Origin: Naegleria gruberi
Lineage: Eukaryota
Length of the DNA stretch: 64,000 nt
Direction: 5' to 3' (one strand)
NCBI GenBank assembly: GCA_000004985.1
Contig: GG738863.1
Within the stretch, counting starts at the first letter, position 1. The number at the start of each line of letters is the position of its first letter. Under the pieces are notes generated by a model, which ran no database searches, was not told where the DNA came from, and saw nothing but the letters and a program-made list of their open reading frames with translations. Of the stretch, positions 31,442 through 43,589 are shown in pieces. Position numbers and translations under genes: made by a program.

Positions 31442-33787
31442 ATGGAGAGTAGTGGAGAAAACGGATCATCAAAAACAAAACAAACAATAACTAGAAATGA
31501 CGATCATCAACATCAATATTTGGTGGACATTGAATCGAAAATTAAAAATCATATTAAAACGTTGAAAACACTTCGAGATGAGACACCACAACAGACAACA
31601 TCAAAGACTTGTTCGATAACACCTATGGATATTTTCTTCTTTAATCAGAGAGTCAAATCATTCCAAATAACAACATGGTTTAATAAGCCATTCATTGTGA
31701 ATCCTTTACAATGTGCTAGGTATGGATTTATAAATATTGACAATGATAAGATTGAATGTTGTCAATGTAAGACTAAAAAGTTGCTAAAATCATCCTTTGA
31801 TAATATCAAAATATCGAGTGATGTGTTGGAAAAGAGAGCTTTGGAATTTTGTGAGGAACTTAAAACCAGTCACACACCACAATGTGTCTTTTATAATCAA
31901 CCCTCACCTCTTCGATTTACGCTCTTCTCTCATCAGGATACATCATCGGGAAAGAATTCCAACATTACCAAAATTCACTGCTTTGAATTCCACGACTTGA
32001 TGAAGAAGTTTAGAAAAATCAATAAGAGCTTGCACATCAATTTACCTATGGATCCAACATTTGTAAATGAATATTTTACAAAACACTCTCTCCTTATTAA
32101 TAGAATTTTGGATCAGATGCATGTTGAGGATGCAGAAGAGAGAGAATTGTACACTACCTTTTGTTGGTTGAGTATTTTTAATTGGCAAATTTTGAATAAT
32201 GCTGACCTTCCAACACTCTCCTGTAGACATTGCCAAATGACTCACTATTTGAAAGTTAAGAATAATTGCCTGACGAGTACAGAAAGTCTTCATCCACACT
32301 CAATGCACAGATGGTGGTGCCCATGTGTTCATATAAATAAGCTCGTAGTCGATTATGAACAAATTGTAGAAAAGGAAGACCAAAGTTACATCAAATCACT
32401 AACCAAACGTCAATTGAATGAAGAAGCAGGATGGAAACAAATGCTCGATTCGATTTCTACAGGTCTGTCATCAGAGAGTGAACTGACTCATATTCATAAG
32501 GACTCTCTTGAAAATGAATTCAACGCTGCAACACTTGTGAAAAATATTCTTGCCAATTCAATCTCATCAGTTTTTGAAACTGAAAAGAAAAGAAAGGATC
32601 ATTTGAAAAGTGTATACGATAAGGTTTATTACAAAAACGAACAAGTTACCAATGAATCATCCACAGTGGAAAATATCATACTTATTGAAAATAATCAAAT
32701 TGTTAGTGAAAAGCCAGCTAGTGAAATTACAATTATTCATGATTTGCCACTCTTATCAAATAGCAATGGTGTTAGTATTACCCCTAAAGAAACCAATCAA
32801 ACACTACTAATGGATACTTCTGATGATGACATTGAAATTGACAATTCTGAAATAATTATTGAAACTAGTGAGAAAATTCAACCAGCCCACTCGCCACCTA
32901 AACATATTCTTCATCAGACAACTTTGGATAATTATTTTCATCCAAGTGAAACTTTACAACCCAATGATAATAATCAACCAACAGAGGAGGAGCTAGTCAC
33001 AGAGGCAGAGCAACCAATTAACGTGCCTTCCACTGATGCTGCAGAGAAACCTATTACTACAGAAATGGGAGATGATAACTTGATGATAGATACAGAAATT
33101 ATTCCAAATATTGACACTACTACTATCACAAGAAATGATTCACCTCCTGAGGAGAAGGTACTCTCTAACATTACACCTCCAACACCAGAAGTGGAATCAA
33201 CAACAGCAGATTTGAGTACACCACTATCAGCATCAGGTCTTTCAGAGTTTGAAGAAAAAACACCAAAAAAGATGGATTCAACCAATATTCATACATCTTC
33301 AAAGACTCCATTCGAATCGAGTATTACATCACCATTGTCTAGTACGAGTGATATTGTTTCTCCCTCTGTTTTTAAGGGTACAACACCTAGCTCAGAGTCC
33401 AAACAAGAGGCCAAATCTGAAACCAAGCCAAAACCACAACAACCAAAACCTCAAACACCTTCCAAATCCAATTCAGATGAAAAGCCTAAATCCAAGAATG
33501 TGGCACCTTCTCCATCAACAAACAAATCATCCTCCAAAGAAGAAACACAATCTACTCACAAACCATACAAATCCAGAGAGTCATCTTCAACACAAAACAG
33601 AAAGCCCTCTCAACCAAGAAAACCAAGAGAAGCTAGTAGCAGTAACAGTAACAGTACTGAGTCATCATCTTCCAAAAAACCTGCACAAACTAATGATAGA
33701 AGTACTCGTTCAAGCGAACAAAACAAGAGAAAGAAACCAAGTGGATATCAAACCTCAAATCCCAAGACAAAGAACAACAAACGTTGA
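31442..33787 (+). CDS. zf-C3HC/Rsm1-type zinc-finger protein (NIPA/ZC3HC1-like) with long S/T/P/K-rich disordered C-terminus
   Basis: Two C3HC-like modules, ...QCARYGFINIDNDKIECCQCKTKKL...HTPQCVFY and LSCRHCQMTHYLK...HPHSMHRWWCPCVH (H-x2-WCPW-like). The C-terminal ~300 aa are low-complexity and basic. Confidence 0.55.
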   Translation: MESSGENGSSKTKQTITRNDDHQHQYLVDIESKIKNHIKTLKTLRDETPQQTTSKTCSITPMDIFFFNQRVKSFQITTWFNKPFIVNPLQCARYGFINIDNDKIECCQCKTKKLLKSSFDNIKISSDVLEKRALEFCEELKTSHTPQCVFYNQPSPLRFTLFSHQDTSSGKNSNITKIHCFEFHDLMKKFRKINKSLHINLPMDPTFVNEYFTKHSLLINRILDQMHVEDAEERELYTTFCWLSIFNWQILNNADLPTLSCRHCQMTHYLKVKNNCLTSTESLHPHSMHRWWCPCVHINKLVVDYEQIVEKEDQSYIKSLTKRQLNEEAGWKQMLDSISTGLSSESELTHIHKDSLENEFNAATLVKNILANSISSVFETEKKRKDHLKSVYDKVYYKNEQVTNESSTVENIILIENNQIVSEKPASEITIIHDLPLLSNSNGVSITPKETNQTLLMDTSDDDIEIDNSEIIIETSEKIQPAHSPPKHILHQTTLDNYFHPSETLQPNDNNQPTEEELVTEAEQPINVPSTDAAEKPITTEMGDDNLMIDTEIIPNIDTTTITRNDSPPEEKVLSNITPPTPEVESTTADLSTPLSASGLSEFEEKTPKKMDSTNIHTSSKTPFESSITSPLSSTSDIVSPSVFKGTTPSSESKQEAKSETKPKPQQPKPQTPSKSNSDEKPKSKNVAPSPSTNKSSSKEETQSTHKPYKSRESSSTQNRKPSQPRKPREASSSNSNSTESSSSKKPAQTNDRSTRSSEQNKRKKPSGYQTSNPKTKNNKR

Positions 33788-34500
33788 ATGTCTTGAACAA
33801 AGTATTCCACTAATTCATTGTTATCATTTGTAATTGGGAACAAAAAAGTATTAGCGGAAGCATGGATTTTGATACAAAAGGCGCATTAATGAAAAGAATC
33901 GAGTTTTAATACAAAAAACGACAATATTATTTAACGCAAACATTAATAAATTTGCCTTTTATGAAGAAATGGTGAAGCGGAGTTGACAGATTCTTCAGTG
34001 CAATGTCCATATTTTCAATCTATTTGTCCAGATGATATTTTTGAAATATTTTCCCTCGCAACACGATCTATTATCCGAAATTCGAAAACAAACAGAAAAA
34101 ATTATCATCAAGCGCCATTTGATATTCAAACAACCAATTTTACAATAGTATTGGTAGTATTGGAAATTCTTCATTACCGTTCGCTACACTTTTTAAACTG
34201 CCTTTCTTTATTACTGTACAAAACATTCATATTAGAAAGAATTAAAAAAAACGTCGTTATTTGTTAAATCGCCCGCAGCGAGTTCTTCCGAAAACCAAAT
34301 TTACGTTTTTATTATCTTCATCATTGTACGCCGCTGTTGTGCATAAGAATATTATTCTCATCAAACTATTATTGAAAAACAACAGCAACTTTGAAACGCT
34401 CTCTAATATTACACCAACATCATCATTACACTATCATTTATTAATATTTATTGTGAAATTATTGAAATACTATAACTACTACACCTTCAACAATTACAGA

Positions 34501-36438
34501 ATGAATCTACCAACAAATACTGCTTCTCCTATGGAAGTTAGTAACGGAAAGGCCCTCGATCTTTTATTTGGTCCTAATACCAATCATTATCAAAAGCAAA
34601 ATGTCTTACCATCAGTTCATCAATTTGAAAACTTTAGAAGTCCACCTCCACCACCTTATCACTTTCATACTCATGCTTCTTCATCATCTCAACAAGGAAC
34701 TCATCAATTGGGTTGGAAAGGTGGAAGTGGCCAAGCATGTGGTCATATGATGAAAGCTCCGAAGAGTAATAATGGGGAGAGTGCGACCACAACAGATGTC
34801 TTGACTGGATTGTACAAGACTTCTGATGCTATCTTGTACAACCATCAATACCATGACAATAATCAATACGTTGCTACTAATTACACTTCCATGGTTATGG
34901 GTACATCAAACACTACTTTTGATCAAAAACCAAATTGTACCACTACATCTCCATTTATCAATTATTCTGGTGCTGCAACTTGTGCTTCCTCATGGAATGT
35001 ATACCATTCAGCAAATAATGCGGAACAACACACTTTGCCTCCTTCTACTATCATTAACAATCACTTTGCTCATTCCTCCGTTTTCAAACAAGATCATTAT
35101 CAAGAGCAATATAATACCAATAAGCAACCAGTTATTGATAGAGTAGTAGCAGCGCCAATGTATTGTCATGACTCTGTTGTGGTCGCACGCCCTCAAAACG
35201 TTAGCGTCTCCAATGCTTTTGCATTGCCACAAACCAACAATAATATCCATATGAATCAATACCATTATCAGCTTACTAATTTTGCTGATGCTGCCCAACA
35301 ACAACAACCAACCCTTGATGTTTGTTATCATGATGAGAGTACCAACCTTGATAATTGCAAATGCCATTTGCGTATTATTCGTCCAACTCACATGCTTGCA
35401 AATATTGATGATCAACAACACAGCTATCCACTTGAACCTCACTCTAAAAAGATGAAACTTGCTGATTCTGTTGTTGAAACTCACTCATCCTCTTCAAGCA
35501 ATGCTAGTAACAGCGTTAGTGAAAGCACTGCTTCTAGAAAGAATTCCTTAGATGGTGTTAAACAAAATATTACTTCTAGTGAAACCACCAGCCCAGTAGC
35601 AGCTATTGCTCGTAAACCTATTGTTTCCAAGAAGAGTAATACTAAGAAACCAAAATCTGATGATAACTCTCAAACCAAGAAGAAGGTCACAACCACCAAG
35701 AAGACCTCTCCATCTCCAAAAGCTCCTGTAAAGTTCAATGTTGATTTGTCCAAGGAAAATTTGCAAGATACCGCTACTATTCCAATTCGTATCTTGGCCT
35801 ACAATCTTGGACTCACTAAGGATATTCAAAAGTCCTGGAGATATAGAGATATCAGAAGAGCTCTCTTTGAAAGAATGATTGATGAACATATCGAATTTGT
35901 TGATAATCAATTAGAACATTCTTTATTGAGAGAGAGACTTCCACACAAGTTGACTTATAGCAACTTTTGTAAGAGAGTAATGCTCCTTGTATTCCACTTT
36001 GTGGTCAGAGATGGTAAGGAACCAAAGTTCTTCAGAAGACCACTCGTTCAAAGAGATTACATTGAAAAGTTACTCAAGGATAATGATCCACACTTTTATT
36101 CACTTGTTGAAACTTGTCATGCTCATCAACTCCACAATCTCATGAATAGAGATGGCAAGACTTTCCAAGAAGCCATTACAATTGTCTTTAAGGATTTGAT
36201 CGATCCTACCAGTTTGCAAAGTTTGCATGGATCTTCCAATGCTGAAGCTTGTAGAAAGATTAGAAAGCCAAGATCTCAAAAGAAGTCATGCAGTGATGAT
36301 GAAGATGACGATGAAGTCAGTGAAGATGAAGACTTGGAAGATAAGCCATCTGCCAGATCAAGACGTAGAGCTAGTACTGACTTGAAACGTAAACTCAAAC
36401 CTGTCAGTGAAGATTCTGATGATGACGATGACTACTAA
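34501..36438 (+). CDS. hypothetical nuclear-like protein with acidic C-terminus (646 aa from first ATG)
   Basis: The ORF track starts at a non-ATG codon; the first ATG is at 34501 (MNLPTNTASPMEV...). Q/N/H-rich N-terminal half, a conserved-looking globular region (IPIRILAYNLGLTKDIQKSWRYRDIRRALFERMIDEH...), then a KKPK/SDDEDDDE acidic tail. Confidence 0.45.
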   Translation: MNLPTNTASPMEVSNGKALDLLFGPNTNHYQKQNVLPSVHQFENFRSPPPPPYHFHTHASSSSQQGTHQLGWKGGSGQACGHMMKAPKSNNGESATTTDVLTGLYKTSDAILYNHQYHDNNQYVATNYTSMVMGTSNTTFDQKPNCTTTSPFINYSGAATCASSWNVYHSANNAEQHTLPPSTIINNHFAHSSVFKQDHYQEQYNTNKQPVIDRVVAAPMYCHDSVVVARPQNVSVSNAFALPQTNNNIHMNQYHYQLTNFADAAQQQQPTLDVCYHDESTNLDNCKCHLRIIRPTHMLANIDDQQHSYPLEPHSKKMKLADSVVETHSSSSSNASNSVSESTASRKNSLDGVKQNITSSETTSPVAAIARKPIVSKKSNTKKPKSDDNSQTKKKVTTTKKTSPSPKAPVKFNVDLSKENLQDTATIPIRILAYNLGLTKDIQKSWRYRDIRRALFERMIDEHIEFVDNQLEHSLLRERLPHKLTYSNFCKRVMLLVFHFVVRDGKEPKFFRRPLVQRDYIEKLLKDNDPHFYSLVETCHAHQLHNLMNRDGKTFQEAITIVFKDLIDPTSLQSLHGSSNAEACRKIRKPRSQKKSCSDDEDDDEVSEDEDLEDKPSARSRRRASTDLKRKLKPVSEDSDDDDDY

Positions 36439-36628
36439 GATTACAACAACTATTGTATACTTGAATAGTACTATTATATATTGATAAATATTAAACTGAT
36501 ATTTTATTTATTATTTATTACCATTAAACCTCTTTTGTAAAGACGACTCGTCAGTGAACCGTTTAGAATAGAAACTAGTTGAGGAAATAAACTGTCACCC
36601 ATCACAATCCAGATCAAACATAAAAAAA

Positions 36629-36979
36629 ATGCAATCACAACGTAGTCTATCAACATCCAGTGCCGACCTTGTCACTGAAACATTCTTTGGCCAATTATCA
36701 GAGGAAAAACAACAAGTTATCAAGGAATTATTCGAAAGAATTGACAAGAACCACAACGGAGTTTTAGAAAAGGAAGAACTCAGAGGAATTCTCGAAGTTA
36801 TGATAAAACAAGATCCAAATTTAATTGAAAATTTGGGACTAAAGAATAACACACAATGTAATACAGATGAAGATATTTTGAATGCAATCTTTGATCAATT
36901 AGATTTGAACGGAGATGAAGTTTTGAGTTTTAGAGAATTTGCTGAACCATTTGCAAGAATGTTGACCAATCAAATGTAA
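36629..36979 (+). CDS. small EF-hand calcium-binding protein (116 aa)
   Basis: Two canonical EF loops, DKNHNGVLEKEEL and DLNGDEVLSFREF. AATAAA-like motif overlaps/follows the stop. Confidence 0.6.
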   Translation: MQSQRSLSTSSADLVTETFFGQLSEEKQQVIKELFERIDKNHNGVLEKEELRGILEVMIKQDPNLIENLGLKNNTQCNTDEDILNAIFDQLDLNGDEVLSFREFAEPFARMLTNQM

Positions 36980-37255
36980 ATAAATTAATTGAATATTTTT
37001 TTAAAAAAACAGTAAATATTTACAAGAAGCCTTATCTATTGTGAAAAATCTTTTCATCTCCATTTAGTAGTCCAAACGCACAATTGAGATTCCAATGTCA
37101 AACCTTAAACAACCCAAATTCATACTTTCATTGCAAAGATTAGAAAAATTTGTGCGACGTAGAAAGTTTCGATTTTCACAAATTAATGACGTGATGGTTA
37201 TGATTGTTTGCTAAGAGAGCAGACTCGCTCAGTCCATCCACTCATAAAAAAATAG

Positions 37256-40200
37256 ATGAACAACAAGATAGTTTCGGTTACTTTATTGTTCTTTCTAATA
37301 ATTGCATGTACTATAGAGTTGTCAAGCTCAGAACCAGCCCAATACACAATCAACAAATTGATTGGTCCCATTGCGGGGGATGGTAAGCCAAAAGAACAAG
37401 TTGGTTTCTACACCATTTACACCTTTACAATTGCACCTTTAAATGGTCAAATGATTGTAAACGAAAATGGAGCTGTAAAACAATTTTCACTTGATTCTGG
37501 CGCGCAAGGTTTAGTTTCTGTTATTCCTGGACTCAAAATATATTCTTCTTCTTCTTCAGTTAATGGTCAATCAACAGTGGTTTCGAATAGTGATGGAAGT
37601 GAATTGTATTACCTTGAAGAAAATTTGATAAAGAGATGGAAAAGCGGTGTGGTCAGTGTTATTGCTGGAAATGGTGTTATAGAAAATATTTACTATTTGA
37701 ACGAAACAGTTGCCACTCAAACTTTCTTAAATTCTCCAACGAGTTTAGTTTATCAAGACGATTGTTTATACATTGCTGGATATGGTATTGCCAAGTTGAA
37801 TTTAACCACTGGAATGATCAGTACTACATTTAGAATTGGTTTTATTACAGACATGTCCATTTCCACATTTGATGGATACATGTACTATTTACAAAATGAT
37901 CAATTGAAGAGATGTTCATTTTCTTCTGGTTGTTTAAATCAAGAGAATGTAATATCCAATTTGTTTATGAACACTTTTACTCTATCTTCAAATAGAAATG
38001 AATTATTCTATTTCTTTGGTAATCAAATTTACAGATTTAACATTACAACCAGAATTTCCACATCCATTTATCAAATTTCCTCATCAAATACTTATAAATT
38101 GGCTTACAGAAATGATATGATCTACTTTGCAGAAGGTTTTAAAATCAAGAAGAAATCAGTGGTGGATGGTTCACTTAGTGTTGAAGCTGGAAATGGATAT
38201 TATGGATATGTGGCTGAGAATGTGCCATCTCTACAAGCTGGTACTGCTGGTTATACTGTTTCAAGTATTGCATTGAGAAATGGAGAATTGTATTATGCTG
38301 ATATGAATATCATAAAAAGATGAANNNNNNNNNNNNNNNNNNNNNNNNNNNNNNNNNNNNNNNNNNNNNNNNNNATATTTTCAGTGGTTCGAATGTGAAA
38401 GGAGATTCAATTGCATTACAAACTGAAATTAGTCCTGGATCAATTTCATTCTCTAAAAATGGAGAATTACATTTTGTTGATTATTCAAATATTGTTAGAA
38501 AACTTTCAGATAATGGAAATTTGTCATATGTTGGAGGAAATCCCTCTTCATTTGTTAGTAGTGATGGTACCGATGCATCAAAAGCTATCATTTCACCTTC
38601 TAAAGTTATTGAAATAGGTAATGAACTGATTATTTTAGAGTATCAAAAAATTAGAAAGGTTTCGTCTGAAGGAACAATCTCCACAATTATTGGTGGAGGT
38701 ATCTATCCATTTGTTGAAGGTGCATTGGCTACAAATACCTCCTTTACATCACTTCAGGATGTTGCAGTCAGTCCAATTGACAATTCTATTTATTTTATTG
38801 ACGCTAATTTCAATGCTATTCGAAAGTTGACTTCTACTGGAACAGTAATTACTTTATTCAGTACTTCTACGTATATTAACGCAATTGGAATAGATCAGAC
38901 TGGAATTATTTATTATAGTACTTCCAATTCGATTGGAAAATTGAATCCAGAAACTTTACAACAACAATTACTTTATTACAATACTGAAACATCCAGTTAT
39001 TTTTCAGTTTCTAATAGTGGTAATATTTATTATTTCGTAAATTGTAAAATTGTAATGATTGGAAATGGAACACTAAATGCACTTGCTGGAACAGGCACAT
39101 GCTTAACAGGATCATTATTTGATGGAATGAATGCAACACAAGATATTCCAAATGTGTATTCAGTTCATTATTCGAATCATGATAATCAATTATACTTTTC
39201 AACTGTGAATGGTATTTGGAAGATTGTTGATGGATTCATTCACAAGGTTGTCCAATCAATTCCAATGGCCAATGTAACTTCAACTGACTCTTCTAAATTT
39301 TTAAGTTTGCCAAGTTCATTGCTAGTTAAATCTAATGGAGATATTTTATTCATTGATGGAACAATTATTAGAAAGTACGATGTGCAACAAGATAGAATTG
39401 ACAATCTCTATATTGGAGATGGATCTATTGGTCCATTTTCGAATACATTTTCTTATTATTATTTCACAACATTCTGTGAAAATGAATTGGTCATTGTAAC
39501 TTCCAAAGGAATCAGACGAATTAATAGTGAAACATCAATAATGACACCTGTAACCTTTCCCTACCAATTTACGACTGTTAGGTCGTTTATTTCATGTTTG
39601 AATAATAATTTGTATTTCCTTGCTACTAATTTACAATCAATCAAGAAAGTTTCACTTTTAGATGGAAGTATTGATCATATTGCAGGTATTGCAGGTTCTT
39701 CTAGTCCATCACCTGATGGCAGTATTGCCAAATATTCAAAAATAGTTTCACTCATTAATTCAAGAGCGTTCGTTCTTCCAAACCAGGAAGTATTATATTT
39801 TGAAGGTCTAAAATTGAGAAAGATTGGTTTGGATGGAAAATGGCAAACCATTGCAGGAAATGGAAATTCTGGAACAACCCCAGATTTTTCTGAAAATGCA
39901 AAGAATGTACCTTTGACTATAGCTTTTTCATATGCTTATTCAGAGTTGAGTGGAACAATTTATTTAAGTTCAAATGGAATTTATTCACTGACACCTTATT
40001 GTAGAGATGGATACCAATTTGAAAACTCATTCAAAACATCATGTATTCCAATACCAGTTATTACTTGTTTTGGTAAGCTGGCCAATGATTCAAGTGTTTG
40101 TTCATCACGTGGTACTTGTACTGGAATGGATAACTGTCAATGCTCAAATTTGTACATTTCCTCTGATTGTTCTGTTTCATTGTGTCAAACTGAAAATGGA

Positions 40201-40992
40201 AAGCAAAATACAATTCTTTGTCCACCTGCACCAATTCCTTCACAAACTGGAACTACAAATCAACAAGTCGCATTGAACGTGACAGAGAGCAGAACTGAAA
40301 TTGTGAAAGACTTGACAAGTATTGACTCTAAGAATATCACATTTACATCTTCAAGTTCAGTTCAAATCACATTACCTTCAACCATTTCATCTTATGTTTC
40401 GAATCAAATTTCAACTAATGAAACAATTCAAATCATTTCAGCTATTTCAGAAAAGACTCAAATCAAACCTCAATCAAGTAACACCAATACTGGAAGTGAT
40501 GATGAAAAGTCAACAATTTCAACAGTTGAAGTTGTAAGCAAAGTTGTGAGTTTACTTTTATTGAAACAAGATGGTGAAAAGATTCAAGTGACAAATCTCA
40601 TCAATCCAATCACATTCACATTTTCCAATTTGATAATTCAATCATTTGAAAAATCAAATTTGACCTGCTCATACCTTGATGAAACATCAAAGGAATGGAA
40701 ATCTGATGGATTGAATACTTTCTTTATTGACATTCAATCTATTGGAAATGAGAAACAATTATCTATTAATTGTCAAACAAATCACTTGACTTCATTTGCA
40801 GTTATTGACATGAATTTAAAGAAAGGAAGTGTAAAAACAGACACTCTTCCTACAACACAAGATAACACTGTCGTGATTGCAGCAGTTGTTTCATCCGTTG
40901 TTGGTGTACTCATCTTGGTGGGTGTCATTTCCATTATTATTATTGCTTCTGTCTGTTTAATTAGGAGAAGAAAGCTCAATAGTAAGGAATAA
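37256..40992 (+). CDS. large single-pass membrane protein: signal peptide + beta-propeller-type (NHL/YWTD-like) repeats + EGF-like + Ser/Thr-rich stalk + GPS motif + TM; contains a 50-N gap
   Basis: MNNKIVSVTLLFFLIIACTIELSS is signal-like. Many ~40-aa repeats ending in aromatic-rich beta-strand motifs (ELYYAD, LHFVDYSN, IYFIDAN, IIYYSTSN, LYFSTVNG, ILFIDGT). Cys-rich EGF-like CSSRGTCTGMDNCQCSNLYISSDCSVSLC. GPS-like NLTCSYLDETSKEWKSDGL...NCQTNHLTSFAVID. TM VVIAAVVSSVVGVLILVGVISIIIIASVCLI plus RRRKLNSKE tail. Frames on either side of the gap differ, and a TGA sits immediately before the gap. Confidence 0.65.
38325..38374. other. assembly gap (50 N)
   Basis: Run of n characters inside the gene above. 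Confidence 0.99.
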
Positions 40993-41091
40993 ACATTCAA
41001 TTTCAAAAAACTAAACTCTGGTAAATGATCTATTCACCAACCCTTAATACTTCCAATTTCGTTTCTAATTTCACGAAACTTTACAAAAAAA

Positions 41092-42036
41092 ATGCAACAT
41101 TCAAATAGAGGATGGACACTCGCCAATTTGCCACCCGAAATTCATCACAACATTTTTAATTTCTTGGATTATGTGCGTGATATTTGCTGTGATGAATATT
41201 TATTTGTTCCACTAATTGAAATGCCATCAACATTGGACGAATTTGAACGAAATGGTTATTGCAATGTTGATGAATTTGTTGATTTTGAACATCCGAACAG
41301 AGTACCATTCTTTCTTGCTTGTCAATCTTTGACAAATTCTGTGAAAACCTTCAGGCCAACTATTGTCAATTTGACCTTTACAACATCGAGGTATATTAAG
41401 AGATATTCCTTGGATGAATCGTACAAAAATTTGTTAAATCGTTTTTGGTTTAATCAACAGTGTGAGAATAGACTTACCTATGATGAATGGCCGAATATAG
41501 TGCAAGAACTAATTCGAAAGATGAAACGATTCTGTAAGGGAAATCCTTGGTCCAGAGTTGAGTTTATTTCAATTTCTGCCATTGTAGGAAAAAACTATTC
41601 TAACACTGGAGTTGTCTTTTTTAATTGGAACGACATTGTGTTCAATTTCTTCCCAACTGTTAAATATATGTTATTCGACTTTCCATCAATTAGAATCTTT
41701 AACTTGAACGAGTACAAAAACTCTGGCACTATTATATTTTCATATCCAGAAGATTATTACATTACAACTTTGAAACATGTTGATAATATTTATTATTCAT
41801 GTAAGAAGGATATTGTTCAAACTGAATCACAACTTCACGAATTAGCACATGCATTTCCAAGTCATTATCCGAGGAATGTTGAACTGTTCCTCTTTAACTC
41901 TATACTTTCTTATTCAGTTCAAGAATCGAATTATTTAATTGATAACTTTGAGTTGAATATTAATTTATTTTCTTATATTTGGAATGTTCGAGGATATAAT
42001 GCTGTTGTTAATAAGACATATACATTGAGAATTTAA
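41092..42036 (+). CDS. F-box-like protein (314 aa)
   Basis: N-terminal LANLPPEIHHNIFNFLDYVRDICCDEYLF fits the F-box pattern LP-E(I/L)...I(F/L).(Y/F)L. The rest is unrecognised. Confidence 0.5.
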   Translation: MQHSNRGWTLANLPPEIHHNIFNFLDYVRDICCDEYLFVPLIEMPSTLDEFERNGYCNVDEFVDFEHPNRVPFFLACQSLTNSVKTFRPTIVNLTFTTSRYIKRYSLDESYKNLLNRFWFNQQCENRLTYDEWPNIVQELIRKMKRFCKGNPWSRVEFISISAIVGKNYSNTGVVFFNWNDIVFNFFPTVKYMLFDFPSIRIFNLNEYKNSGTIIFSYPEDYYITTLKHVDNIYYSCKKDIVQTESQLHELAHAFPSHYPRNVELFLFNSILSYSVQESNYLIDNFELNINLFSYIWNVRGYNAVVNKTYTLRI

Positions 42037-42044
42037 AACAAATA

Positions 42045-43589
42045 TTGGATACACTAGAAAGAGTTTACAACAAGTATCCATCCTTTAAAGTATTTAGAAT
42101 TCATATAGGATCTGTGGAATGTTTGAAACTTATTCTGAGCTATCCATTTGTAGACATTAATGTAGGCAAAAATATTACTAAAAAATTTCTAGAATCCATC
42201 AATCAAACTGATATTGAAAATTTATCAAAAGATTACAATATTGATTTTTGTAAACTTGGAGAGTACAAATTCACTGCAGCTTGTTTTAGCGCATGTCATG
42301 CATTACAAATCGATAGCAACACTTGTGATATTTATGGTGTTAGTCCAGCCATGTTAATTTGCGAAAAAATTCAAAAGGAAAATCTTAAGGGAAGAGACAA
42401 ATTTGGAAATAACATTCTCCACTATTTGTTCTCTGTTAAAGGTAAAAACCTTGAGTTATTGAGCAATATTCCAGAAGAAGATATTAAATTAATGAGACAG
42501 GAGCCAAACATTTACGATATCACACCAAATGAAATTGCAATTGTAAATGGTTACAATATACAAGGAACTTTTACAAAGAAATTCAGTTATGAAGGATTAG
42601 TTAAAACTATTGGAAATTCTTGGAACCTATTTCCCATTGATGGATTAATTGTTAATGATAGAATTTTATATGCATGTATGAATAATCTGAAAAACACCTC
42701 AAGCTCTGAATTTTCTGAATATTTGGATATTAATTTTAGAGATGTGAATGGAAAGCATTTGGTACATTATTCCCCATATTGTTTTACTGAAACATTTACA
42801 AAGAATTTGAATTTATCATTGAAGGATATTTTATTTTGCAAAGATGGCAATCAAACAATGCCTTTTCAAACTTCTAGATCTTTCACAATTGACATTTTAG
42901 CAAAGATTGAGGAATTGCCAAAATTTAATTACATTTCGCATACTGATGACTTGGGAATGTTCAGATATTTATATAGATTTGCATTCGATTCATTTCACTC
43001 CCTTATACTGATGAAAGAAACCAATTTTATAGGTTTTGATTATTCTTCAGGTCAACCAGAGCTTGTTTCATTATGCACTCATCGTTCAGATGGTATTTAT
43101 TACTTTTCAATTGAAAAAAGTCCATTGAAACAATTGAGAAATGTACATTTCTTTGGAACTGTGGATGGTGATGATATTTCACATTATGTTGTGAGATATT
43201 ATTTACACTTTATAAGAAACCACCCACATCATTATGTAATGAAGGGAAAACCCATCCTCCAAGCACTAATAGCAAGAGGATTAAGAATGGATTTTGTTAA
43301 AAACTCAAAGGGACAAACAGCTTTTGATTTAATTAATGAATTAGCATGTAATACTCCTGTAATGCTTGCAAATTCTAAATATTTGAAGAAAGATGTTAAG
43401 AGAGGTCTAGGAAACAATTCGAAAGCACTTGCAAAGTTTATTATTGAACACAAAGGTCCAAAAGAGTTGATTGTGGAAGAAAGTGAAACAACGCTAGCTC
43501 TAAAATGTGAAAAGGTAGCTCACTTTAGTATCAAAATGAAACGAAAGCTTTATTTTGAATACAAGCCAAAACCGACTGAAAAGATTTGA
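42045..43589 (+). CDS. hypothetical protein (possible ankyrin-like repeats); start uncertain
   Basis: Open frame begins right after the upstream gene's stop with no ATG until codon ~101 (SPAMLICEK). Contains ...GRDKFGNNILHYLFSVKGKNLELL... (ankyrin-like). I found no frame-compatible GT-AG intron joining it to 41092-42036. Confidence 0.4.
   Translation: MDTLERVYNKYPSFKVFRIHIGSVECLKLILSYPFVDINVGKNITKKFLESINQTDIENLSKDYNIDFCKLGEYKFTAACFSACHALQIDSNTCDIYGVSPAMLICEKIQKENLKGRDKFGNNILHYLFSVKGKNLELLSNIPEEDIKLMRQEPNIYDITPNEIAIVNGYNIQGTFTKKFSYEGLVKTIGNSWNLFPIDGLIVNDRILYACMNNLKNTSSSEFSEYLDINFRDVNGKHLVHYSPYCFTETFTKNLNLSLKDILFCKDGNQTMPFQTSRSFTIDILAKIEELPKFNYISHTDDLGMFRYLYRFAFDSFHSLILMKETNFIGFDYSSGQPELVSLCTHRSDGIYYFSIEKSPLKQLRNVHFFGTVDGDDISHYVVRYYLHFIRNHPHHYVMKGKPILQALIARGLRMDFVKNSKGQTAFDLINELACNTPVMLANSKYLKKDVKRGLGNNSKALAKFIIEHKGPKELIVEESETTLALKCEKVAHFSIKMKRKLYFEYKPKPTEKI

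Noticed and set aside
38318-38326. In-frame TGA immediately before the 50-N gap in the beta-propeller/GPS gene
   Set aside because: Repeat architecture and frame continue on the other side of the gap. Most likely a gap-edge artefact or an unsequenced intron rather than a real terminus, though this cannot be resolved from the sequence.
42001-42062. Attempt to fuse the F-box gene 41092-42036 with ORF 42045-43589 via a short intron
   Set aside because: No GT…AG pair gives an intron length of 3n+2, which the -1 frame offset requires. They are kept as separate features with an uncertain start for the second.
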